Both the position numbers and the translations under genes were made by a program. Source: Eutreptiella sp. 'Long Island Sound 2002' (taxonomy: Eukaryota; Protista; Euglenida). Taken from it: a stretch of DNA of 64,000 nucleotides. The stretch is taken from contig OZ038378.1 of NCBI GenBank assembly GCA_964036045.1, positions 178,994,001 to 179,058,000 of the forward strand. Direction: 5' to 3'. The notes beneath the pieces are model-generated. The model was not told the origin of the DNA. It made no database searches and saw nothing but the letters and a program-made list of their open reading frames with translations. This document shows positions 37,901 through 50,500 of this stretch, piece by piece (within the stretch, counting starts at the first letter, position 1; every line of letters starts with the position of its first letter).

Positions 37901-40900
37901 AATGATCACCTCAATAGAAACACATGTCTTCTGAATGCGAATAAGTATTTAGGGCACCATGTGCTGTTCAGGAGTGGTTCATCAACAGAATTCAGACAGT
38001 CGATTGTGAAAAAGCATCCTGGTAGCACAAAAGCAGCAGAATAGTTGACAGTGGAACACTTACTGGGAAGCCTTTGCATGAACCTTGCAAAGAAAACACA
38101 AAACAAAGTCATTCAAGTACAGAGGACAAAAACAGCATACTGCACCACAACACAGCTCACCTGATTGTCTGCAATGAATGGAACAATGTTTACACCCATG
38201 GCACTCCATACTACATGGTGGGCTAAGGTTGGTGGTGGAGCATCAGACACCAACGGTCAGCAGCAGATTGTCAGTGTGAGTCTCTGAATCAAATTCATCA
38301 CTCTCCCAGAATGTCACACAACTCTGAAACAAAGAAAAACTAAAGAACAAATAACAAATACATAAATGAAGAACCTGTCATTGAAAAACATAGGACACCA
38401 AAATACCATCCAACTGCCAACACATCTCTCACACAACAACACAACACACACAGCAAATCTCTCAATGACCACCTCAATAGAAACACATGTCTCCTGAATG
38501 CGAATAAGAAATAAAGGGTACCATGTGCTGTTCAGGAGTGGTTCATCAACAGAATTCAGACAGTCGATTGTGAAAAAGCATCCTGGTAGCACAAAAGCAG
38601 CAGAATAGTTGACAGTGGAACACTTACTGGGAAGCCTTTGCATGAACCTTGCAAAGTAAACACAAAACAAAGTCATTTAAGTACAGAGGACAAAAACAGC
38701 ATACTGCACCACAACACAGCTCACCTGATTGTCCGCAATGAATGGAACTATGTTTACACCCATGGCACTCCATACTACATGGTTGGTTAAGGTTGGTGGT
38801 GGAGCATCAGACACCAACGGTCAGCAGCAGATTGTCAGTGTGAGTCTCTGAATCAAATTCATCACTCTCCCTGAATGTCACACAACTCTGAAACAAAGAA
38901 AAACTAAAGAACAAATAACAAATGAAGTATTGAAGAAACTGTCAATGAAAAACATAGGACACCACAATACCATCCAACTGCCAACACATCTCTCACACAA
39001 CAACACAACACACACAGCAAATCTCTCAATGATCACCTCAATAGAAACACATGTCTTCTGAATGCGAATAAGTATTTAGGGCACCATGTGCTGTTCAGGA
39101 GTGGTTCATCAACAGAATTCAGACAGTCGATTGTGAAAAAGCATCCTGGTAGCACAAAAGCAGCAGAATAGTTGACAGTGGAACACTTACTGGGAAGCCT
39201 TTGCATGAACCTTGCAAAGAAAACACAAAACAAAGTCATTCAAGTACAGAGGACAAAAACAGCATACTGCACCACAACACAGCTCACCTGATTGTCTGCA
39301 ATGAATGGAACAATGTTTACACCCATGGCACTCCATACTACATGGTGGGCTAAGGTTGGTGGTGGAGCATCAGACACCAACGGTCAGCAGCAGATTGTCA
39401 GTGTGAGTCTCTGAATCAAATTCATCACTCTCCCAGAATGTCACACAACTCTGAAACAAAGAAAAACTAAAGAACAAATAACAAATACATAAATGAAGAA
39501 CCTGTCATTGAAAAACATAGGACACCACAATACCATCCAACTGCCAACACATCTCTCACACAACAACACAACACACACAGCAAATCTCTCAATGACCACC
39601 TCAATAGAAACACATGTCTCCTGAATGCGAATAAGAAATAAAGGGTACCATGTGCTGTTCAGGAGTGGTTCATCAACAGAATTCAGACAGTCGATTGTGA
39701 AAAAGCATCCTGGTAGCACAAAAGCAGCAGAATAGTTGACAGTGGAACACTTACTGGGAAGCCTTTGCATGAACCTTGCAAAGTAAACATAAAACAAAGT
39801 CATTCAAGTACAGAGGACAAAAACAGCATACTGCACCACAACACAGCTCACCTGATTGTCTGCAATGAATGGAACAATGTTTACACCCATGGCACTCCAT
39901 ACTACATGGTGGGCTAAGGTTGGTGGTGGAGCATCAGACACCAACGGTCAGCAGCAGATTGTCAGTGTGAGTCTCTGAATCAAATTCATCACTCTCCCTG
40001 AATGTCACACAACTCTGAAACAAAGAAAAACTAAAGAATAAATAACAAATGAAGTATTGAAGAAACTGTCATTGAAAAACATAGGACACCACAATACCAT
40101 CCAAATGCCAACACATCTCTCACACAACAACACAACACACACAGCAAATCTCTCAATGATCACCTCAATAGAAACACATGTCTTCTGAATGCGAATAAGA
40201 AATAAAGGGTACCATGTGCTGTTCAGGAGTGGTTCATCAACAGAATTCAGACAGTCGATTGTGAAAAAGCATCCTGGTAGCACAAAAGCAGCAGAATAGT
40301 TGACAGTGGAACACTTACTGGGAAGCCTTTGCATGAACCTTGCAAAGTAAACATAAAACAAAGTCATTCAAGTACAGAGGACAAAAACAGCATACTGCAC
40401 CACAACACAGCTCACCTGATTGTCTGCAATGAATGGAACAATGTTTACACCCATGGCACTCCATACTACATGGTGGGCTAAGGTTGGTGGTGGAGCATCA
40501 GACACCAACGGTCAGCAGCAGATTGTCAGTGTGAGTCTCTGAATCAAATTCATCACTCTCCCTGAATGTCACACAACTCTGAAACAAAGAAAAACTAAAG
40601 AATAAATAACAAATGAAGTATTGAAGAAACTGTCAATGAAAAACATAGGACACCACAATACCATCCAACTGCCAACACATCTCTCACACAACAACACAAC
40701 ACACACAGCAAATCTCTCAATGATCACCTCAATAGAAACACATGTCTCCTGAATGCGAATAAGTATTTAGGGCACCATGTGCTGTTCAGGAGTGGTTCAT
40801 CAACAGAATTCAGACAGTCGATTGTGAAAAAGCATCCTGGTAGCACAAACGCAGCAGAATAGTTGACAGTGGAACACTTACTGGGAAGCCTTTGCATGAA

Positions 40901-43900
40901 CCTTGCAAAGTAAACACAAAACAAAGTCATTCAAGTACAGAGGACAAAAACAGCATACTGCACCACAACACAGCTCACCTGATTGTCTGCAATGAATGGA
41001 ACAATGTTTACACCCATGGCACTCCATACTACATGGTTGGTTAAGGTTGGTGGTGGAGCATCAGACACCAACGGTCAGCAGCAGATTGTCAGTGTGAGTC
41101 TCTGAATCAAATTCATCACTCTCCCAGAATGTCACACAACTCTGAAACAAAGAAAAACTAAAGAACAAATAACAAATACATAAATGAAGAACCTGTCATT
41201 GAAAAACATAGGACACCACAATACCATCCAACTGCCAACACATCTCTCACACAACAACACAACACACACAGCAAATCTCTCAATGACCACCTCAATAGAA
41301 ACACATGTCTCCTGAATGCGAATGAGAAATAAAGGGTACCATGTGCTGTTCAGGAGTGGTTCATCAACAGAATTCAGACAGTCGATTGTGAAAAAGCATC
41401 CTGGTAGCACAAAAGCAGCAGAATAGTTGACAGTGGAACACTTACTGGGAAGCCTTTGCATGAACCTTGCAAAGTAAACATAAAACAAAGTCATTCAAGT
41501 ACAGAGGACAAAAACAGCATACTGCACCACAACACAGCTCACCTGATTGTCTGCAATGAATGGAACAATGTTTACACCCATGGCACTCCATACTACATGG
41601 TGGGCTAAGGTTGGTGGTGGAGCATCAGACACCAACGGTCAGCAGCAGATTGTCAGTGTGAGTCTCTGAATCAAATTCATCACTCTCCCTGAATGTCACA
41701 CAACTCTGAAACAAAGAAAAACTAAAGAATAAATAACAAATGAAGTATTGAAGAAACTGTCAATGAAAAACATAGGACACCACAATACCATCCAACTGCC
41801 AACGCATCTCTCACACAACAACACAACACACACAGCAAATCTCTCAATGACCACCTCAATAGAAACACATGTCTTCTGAATGCGAATAAGTATTTAGGGC
41901 ACCATGTGCTGTTCAGGAGTGGTTCATCAACAGAATTCAGACAGTCGATTGTGAAAAAGCATCCTGGTAGCACAAAAGCAGCAGAATAGTTGACAGTGGA
42001 ACACTTACTGGGAAGCCTTTGCATGAACCTTGCAAAGTAAACACAAAACAAAGTCATTCAAGTACAGAGGACAAAAACAGCATACTGCACCACAACACAG
42101 CTCACCTGATTGTCCGCAATGAATGGAACTATGTTTACACCCATGGCACTCCATACTACATGGTTGGTTAAGGTTGGTGGTGGAGCATCAGACACCAACG
42201 GTCAGCAGCAGATTGTCAGTGTGAGTCTCTGAATCAAATTCATCACTCTCCCTGAATGTCACACAACTCTGAAACAAAGAAAAACTAAAGAACAAATAAC
42301 AAATGAAGTATTGAAGAAACTGTCAATGAAAAACATAGGACACCACAATACCATCCAAATGCCAACACATCTCTCACACAACAACACAACACACACAGCA
42401 AATCTCTCAATGACCACCTCAATAGAAACACATGTCTTCTGAATGCGAATAAGAAATAAAGGGTACCATGTGCTGTTCAGGAGTGGTTCATCAACAGAAT
42501 TCAGACAGTCGATTGTGAAAAAGCATTCTGGTAGCACAAAAGCAGCAGAATAGTTGACAGTGGAACACTTACTGGGAAGCCTTTGCATGAACCTTGCAAA
42601 GTAAACATAAAACAAAGTCATTCAAGTACAGAGGACAAAAACAGCATACTGCACCACAACACAGCTCACCTGATTGTCTGCAATGAATGGAACAATGTTT
42701 ACACCCATGGCACTCCATACTACATGGTGGGCTAAGGTTGGTGGTGGAGCATCAGACACCAACGGTCAGCAGCAGATTGTCAGTGTGAGTCTCTGAATCA
42801 AATTCATCACTCTCCCTGAATGTCACACAACTCTGAAACAAAGAAAAACTAAAGAACAAATAACAAATGAAGTATTGAAGAAACTGTCAATGAAAAACAT
42901 AGGACACCACAATACCATCCAACTGCCAACACATCTCTCACACAACAACACAACACACACAGCAAATCTCTCAATGACCACCTCAATAGAAACACATGTC
43001 TTCTGAATGCGAATAAGAAATAAAGGGTACCATGTGCTGTTCAGGAGTGGTTCATCAACAGAATTCAGACAGTCGATTGTGAAAAAGCATCCTGGTAGCA
43101 CAAAAGCAGCAGAATAGTTGACAGTGGAACACTTACTGGGAAGCCTTTGCATGAACCTTGCAAAGTAAACATAAAACAAAGTCATTCAAGTACAGAGGAC
43201 AAAAACAGCATACTGCACCACAACACAGCTCACCTGATTGTCTGCAATGAATGGAACAATGTTTACACCCATGGCACTCCATACTACATGGTTGGTTAAG
43301 GTTGGTGGTGGAGCATCAGACACCAACGGTCAGCAGCAGATTGTCAGTGTGAGTCTCTGAATCAAATTCATCACTCTCCCAGAATGTCACACAACTCTGA
43401 AACAAAGAAAAACTAAAGAACAAATAACAAATACATAAATGAAGAACCTGTCATTGAAAAACATAGGACACCACAATACCATCCAACTGCCAACACATCT
43501 CTCACACAACAACACAACACACACAGCAAATCTCTCAATGACCACCTCAATAGAAACACATGTCTCCTGAATGCGAATAAGAAATAAAGGGTACCATGTG
43601 CTGTTCAGGAGTGGTTCATCAACAGAATTCAGACAGTCGATTGTGAAAAAGCATCCTGGTAGCACAAAAGCAGCAGAATAGTTGACAGTGGAACACTTAC
43701 TGGGAAGTCTTTGCATGAACCTTGCAAAGTAAACACAAAACAAAGTCATTCAAGTACAGAGGACAAAAACAGCATACTGCACCACAACACAGCTCACCTG
43801 ATTGTCTGCAATGAATGGAACAATGTTTACACCCATGGCACTCCATACTACATGGTGGGCTAAGGTTGGTGGTGGAGCATCAGACACCAACGGTCAGCAG

Positions 43901-46900
43901 CAGATTGTCAGTGTGAGTCTCTGAATCAAATTCATCACTCTCCCTGAATGTCACACAACTCTGAAACAAAGAAAAACTAAAGAATAAATAACAAATGAAG
44001 TATTGAAGAAACTGTCAATGAAAAACATAGGACACCACAATACCATCCAACTGCCAACGCATCTCTCACACAACAACACAACACACACAGCAAATCTCTC
44101 AATGACCACCTCAATAGAAACACATGTCTTCTGAATGCGAATAAGTATTTAGGGCACCATGTGCTGTTCAGGAGTGGTTCATCAACAGAATTCAGACAGT
44201 CGATTGTGAAAAAGCATCCTGGTAGCACAAAAGCAGCAGAATAGTTGACAGTGGAACACTTACTGGGAAGCCTTTGCATGAACCTTGCAAAGTAAACACA
44301 AAACAAAGTCATTCAAGTACAGAGGACAAAAACAGCATACTGCACCACAACACAGCTCACCTGATTGTCCGCAATGAATGGAACTATGTTTACACCCATG
44401 GCACTCCATACTACATGGTTGGTTAAGGTTGGTGGTGGAGCATCAGACACCAACGGTCAGCAGCAGATTGTCAGTGTGAGTCTCTGAATCAAATTCATCA
44501 CTCTCCCTGAATGTCACACAACTCTGAAACAAAGAAAAACTAAAGAACAAATAACAAATGAAGTATTGAAGAAACTGTCAATGAAAAACATAGGACACCA
44601 CAATACCATCCAAATGCCAACACATCTCTCACACAACAACACAACACACACAGCAAATCTCTCAATGACCACCTCAATAGAAACACATGTCTTCTGAATG
44701 CGAATAAGAAATAAAGGGTACCATGTGCTGTTCAGGAGTGGTTCATCAACAGAATTCAGACAGTCGATTGTGAAAAAGCATTCTGGTAGCACAAAAGCAG
44801 CAGAATAGTTGACAGTGGAACACTTACTGGGAAGCCTTTGCATGAACCTTGCAAAGTAAACATAAAACAAAGTCATTCAAGTACAGAGGACAAAAACAGC
44901 ATACTGCACCACAACACAGCTCACCTGATTGTCTGCAATGAATGGAACAATGTTTACACCCATGGCACTCCATACTACATGGTGGGCTAAGGTTGGTGGT
45001 GGAGCATCAGACACCAACGGTCAGCAGCAGATTGTCAGTGTGAGTCTCTGAATCAAATTCATCACTCTCCCTGAATGTCACACAACTCTGAAACAAAGAA
45101 AAACTAAAGAACAAATAACAAATGAAGTATTGAAGAAACTGTCAATGAAAAACATAGGACACCACAATACCATCCAACTGCCAACACATCTCTCACACAA
45201 CAACACAACACACACAGCAAATCTCTCAATGACCACCTCAATAGAAACACATGTCTTCTGAATGCGAATAAGAAATAAAGGGTACCATGTGCTGTTCAGG
45301 AGTGGTTCATCAACAGAATTCAGACAGTCGATTGTGAAAAAGCATCCTGGTAGCACAAAAGCAGCAGAATAGTTGACAGTGGAACACTTACTGGGAAGCC
45401 TTTGCATGAACCTTGCAAAGTAAACATAAAACAAAGTCATTCAAGTACAGAGGACAAAAACAGCATACTGCACCACAACACAGCTCACCTGATTGTCTGC
45501 AATGAATGGAACAATGTTTACACCCATGGCACTCCATACTACATGGTTGGTTAAGGTTGGTGGTGGAGCATCAGACACCAACGGTCAGCAGCAGATTGTC
45601 AGTGTGAGTCTCTGAATCAAATTCATCACTCTCCCAGAATGTCACACAACTCTGAAACAAAGAAAAACTAAAGAACAAATAACAAATACATAAATGAAGA
45701 ACCTGTCATTGAAAAACATAGGACACCACAATACCATCCAACTGCCAACACATCTCTCACACAACAACACAACACACACAGCAAATCTCTCAATGACCAC
45801 CTCAATAGAAACACATGTCTCCTGAATGCGAATAAGAAATAAAGGGTACCATGTGCTGTTCAGGAGTGGTTCATCAACAGAATTCAGACAGTCGATTGTG
45901 AAAAAGCATCCTGGTAGCACAAAAGCAGCAGAATAGTTGACAGTGGAACACTTACTGGGAAGTCTTTGCATGAACCTTGCAAAGTAAACACAAAACAAAG
46001 TCATTCAAGTACAGAGGACAAAAACAGCATACTGCACCACAACACAGCTCACCTGATTGTCTGCAATGAATGGAACAATGTTTACACCCATGGCACTCCA
46101 TACTACATGGTGGGCTAAGGTTGGTGGTGGAGCATCAGACACCAACGGTCAGCAGCAGATTGTCAGTGTGAGTCTCTGAATCAAATTCATCACTCTCCCT
46201 GAATGTCACACAACTCTGAAACAAAGAAAAACTAAAGAATAAATAACAAATGAAGTATTGAAGAAACTGTCAATGAAAAACATAGGACACCACAATACCA
46301 TCCAACTGCCAACACATCTCTCACACAACAACACAACACACACAGCAAATCTCTCAATGACCACCTCAATAGAAACACATGTCTTCTGAATGCGAATAAG
46401 AAATAAAGGGTACCATGTGCTGTTCAGGAGTGGTTCATCAACAGAATTCAGACAGTCGATTGTGAAAAAGCATCCTGGTAGCACAAAAGCAGCAGAATAG
46501 TTGACAGTGGAACACTTACTGGGAAGCCTTTGCATGAACCTTGCAAAGTAAATACAAAACAAAGTCATTCAAGTACAGAGGACAAAAACAGCATACTGCA
46601 CCACAACACAGCTCACCTGATTGTCTGCAATGAATGGAACAATGTTTACACCCATGGCACTCCATACTACATGGTGGGCTAAGGTTGGTGGTGGAGCATC
46701 AGACACCAACGGTCAGCAGCAGATTGTCAGTGTGAGTCTCTGAATCAAATTCATCACTCTCCCAGAATGTCACACAACTCTGAAACAAAGAAAAACTAAT
46801 GAACAAATAACAAATGAAGTATTGAAGAAACTGTCAATGAAAAACATAGGACACCACAATACCATCCAACTGCCAACACATCTCTCACACAACAACACAA

Positions 46901-49900
46901 CACACACAGCAAATCTCTCAATGACCACCTCAATAGAAACACATGTCTTCTGAATGCGAATAAGAAATAAAGGGTACCATGTGCTGTTCAGGAGTGGTTC
47001 ATCAACAGAATTCAGACAGTCGATTGTGAAAAAGCATCCTGGTAGCACAAAAGCAGCAGAATAGTTGACAGTGGAACACTTACTGGGAAGCCTTTGCATG
47101 AACCTTGCAAAGTAAATACAAAACAAAGTCATTCAAGTACAGAGGACAAAAACAGCATACTGCACCACAACACAGCTCACCTGATTGTCTGCAATGAATG
47201 GAACAATGTTTACACCCATGGCACTCCATACTACATGGTGGGCTAAGGTTGGTGGTGGAGCATCAGACACCAACGGTCAGCAGCAGATTGTCAGTGTGAG
47301 TCTCTGAATCAAATTCATCACTCTCCCTGAATGTCACACAACTCTGAAACAAAGAAAAACTAAAGAATAAATAACAAATGAAGTATTGAAGAAACTGTCA
47401 ATGAAAAACATAGGACACCACAATACCATCCAAATGCCAACACATCTCTCACACAACAACACAACACACACAGCAAATCTCTCAATGATCACCTCAATAG
47501 AAACACATGTCTTCTGAATGCGAATAAGTATTTAGGGCACCATGTGCTGTTCAGGAGTGGTTCATCAACAGAATTCAGACAGTCGATTGTGAAAAAGCAT
47601 CCTGGTAGCACAAAAGCAGCAGAATAGTTGACAGTGGAACACTTACTGGGAAGCCTTTGCATGAACCTTGCAAAGTAAACACAAAACAAAGTCATTCAAG
47701 TACAGAGGACAAAAACAGCATACTGCACCACAACACAGCTCACCTGATTGTCTGCAATGAATGGAACAATGTTTACACCCATGGCACTCCATACTACATG
47801 GTGGGCTAAGGTTGGTGGTGGAGCATCAGACACCAACGGTCAGCAGCATATTGTCAGTGTGAGTCTCTGAATCAAATTCATCACTCTCCCAGAATGTCAC
47901 ACAACTCTGAAACAAAGAAAAACTAAAGAACAAATAACAAATACATAAATGAAGAACCTGTCATTGAAAAACATAGGACACCACAATACCATCCAACTGC
48001 CAACACATCTCTCACACAACAACACAACACACACAGCAAATCTCTCAATGATCACCTCAATAGAAACACATGTCTCCTGAATGCGAATAAGAAATAAAGG
48101 GTACCATGTGCTGTTCAGGAGTGGTTCATCAACAGAATTCAGATAGTCGAATGTGAAAAAGCATCCTGGTAGCACAAAAGCAGCAGAATAGTTGACAGTG
48201 GAACACTTACTGGGAAGCCTTTGCATGAACCTTGCAAAGAAAACACAAAACAAAGTCATTCAAGTACAGAGGACAAAAACAGCATACTGCACCACAACAC
48301 AGCTCACCTGATTGTCTGCAATGAATGGAACTATGTTTACACCCATGGCACTCCATACTACATGGTGGGCTAAGGTTGGTGGTGGAGCATCAGACACCAA
48401 CGGTCAGCAGCAGATTGTCAGTGTGAGTCTCTGAATCAAATTCATCACTCTCCCAGAATGTCACACAACTCTGAAACAAAGAAAAACTAAAGAATAAATA
48501 ACAAATACATAAATGAAGAACCTGTCATTGAAAAACATAGGACACCACAATACCATCCAACTGCCAACACATCTCTCACACAACAACACAACACACACAG
48601 CAAATCTCTCAATGATCACCTCAATAGAAACACATGTCTTCTGAATGCGAATAAGAATTTAGGGCACCATGTGCTGTTCAGGAGTGGTTTATCAACAGAA
48701 TTCAGACAGTCGAATGTGAAAAAGCATCCTGGTAGCACAAAAGCAGCAGAATAGTTGACAGTGGAACACTTACTGGGAAGCCTTTGCATGAACCTTGCAA
48801 AGTAAACACAAAACAAAGTCATTCAAGTACAGAGGACAAAAACAGCATACTGCACCACAACACAGCTCACCTGATTGTCTGCAATGAATGGAACAATGTT
48901 TACACCCATGGCACTCCATACTACATGGTGGGCTAAGGTTGGTGGTGGAGCATCAGACACCAATGGTCAGCAGCAGATTGTCAGTGTGAGTCTCTGAATC
49001 AAATTCATCACTCTCCCAGAATGTCACACAACTCTGAAACAAAGAAAAACTAAAGAACAAATAACAAATACATAAATGAAAAACCTGTCAATGAAAAACA
49101 TAGGACACCACAATACCATCCAACTGCCAACACATCTCTCACACAACAACACAACACACACAGCAAATCTCTCAATGACCACCTCAATAGAAACACATGT
49201 CTCCTGAATGCGAATAAGAAATAAAGGGTACCATGTGCTGTTCAGGAGTGGTTCATCAACAGAATTCAGACAGTCGATTGTGAAAAAGCATCCTGGTAGC
49301 ACAAAAGCAGCAGAATAGTTGACAGTGGAACACTTACTGGGAAGCCTTTGCATGAACCTTGCAAAGTAAACACAAGGCAAGTCATTTAAGTACAGAGGAC
49401 AAAAACAGCATACTGCACCACAACACAGCTCACCTGATTGTCTGCAATGAATGGAACTATATTTACACCCATGGCACTCCATACTACATGGTTGGTTAAG
49501 GTTGGTGGTGGAGCATCAGACACCAACGGTCAGCAGCAGATTGTCAGTGTGAGTCTCTGAATCAAATTCATCACTCTCCCAGAATGTCACACAACTCTGA
49601 AACAAAGAAAAACTAATGAACAAATAACAAATGAAGTATTGAAGAAACTGTCAATGAAAAACATAGGACACCACAATACCATCCAACTGCCAACACATCT
49701 CTCACACAACAACACAACACACACAGCAAATCTCTCAATGATCACCTCAATAGAAACACATGTCTCCTGAATGCGAATAAGAAATAAAGGGTACCATGTG
49801 CTGTTCAGGAGTAGTTCATCAACAGAATTCAGACAGTCGATTGTGAAATAGCATCCTGGTAGCACAAAAGCAGCAGAATAGTTGACAGTGGAACACTTAC

Positions 49901-50433
49901 TGGGAAGCCTTTGCATGAACCTTGCAAAGAAAACACAAAACAAAGTCATTCAAGTACAGAGGACAAAAACAGCATACTGCACCACAACACAGCTCACCTG
50001 ATTGTCTGCAATGAATGGAACAATGTTTACACCCATGGCACTCCATAATACATGGTGGGTTAAGGTTGGTGGTGGAGCATCAGACACCAACGGTCAGCAG
50101 CAGATTGTCAGTGTGAGTCTCTGAATCAAATTCATCACTCTCCCAGAATGTCACGCAGAGACACAGAGACTTGAGCAGGGTATGAGTACCTTGCCTGGCT
50201 CATACACCACCACAGGTGACACGCAGTAATCATGAAAATGGTAAGTGCCAGGTATGCAAGGACACTGTGGAGCAAATGTAAAATCAAAACCTACCTCCAC
50301 AATGAGTGCATCCAAGCCAATCTGGAAAAAACAAATGGAAACCGGGACACAGGGTTTCTTAGCTTTTCCCCCCTCTGTCTTTGCCTTCTCTGCAGTTGCA
50401 GATCCAGCAAGGCATAATCACATTCAGCACCCA

Positions 50434-50500
50434 ACAAGCTCAGACAAAAAATGAAATCATGAATCATATCCCAACCATTAATGATTGCATCATAGCTCAT
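50434..50500 (-). ncRNA. Candidate box C/D snoRNA 'C' (first of 22 copies, one per array-2 unit)
   Basis: ATGAGC-t-ATGATGC(C)-19 nt-ATGA(D'-like)-3 nt-ATGATTT(C'-like)-10 nt-CTGA(D)-GCTTGT. The terminal stem has canonical geometry (6 bp including two G-U pairs). Confidence 0.4.

Larger units (their letters stand above)
25435..50154. repeat. Tandem array 1: 44 units of 562-564 bp (one 559 bp), highly homogeneous
   Basis: The anchor TCAGACACCAACGG recurs from 25855 to 50080, giving 43 intervals with a mean of ~563 bp. The + strand is A/C-rich and the - strand is U/G-rich. The leftmost unit is partial and more diverged. Confidence 0.98.

Noticed and set aside
25926-49949. Repeated 111-162 aa minus-strand ORFs in array 1 (MTLFCVYFARF..., MECHGCK...)
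   Set aside because: One-base indels between units switch frames and termini freely. The Cys/Phe/Val/Leu composition just reflects the TG-rich strand, and I see no domain motif.
50236-50258. U1 snRNA-like ACTTACC / ATACCTGG on the minus strand
   Set aside because: It is only the reverse complement of a 5' splice site. The rest of U1 (stem-loops, Sm site) is absent.
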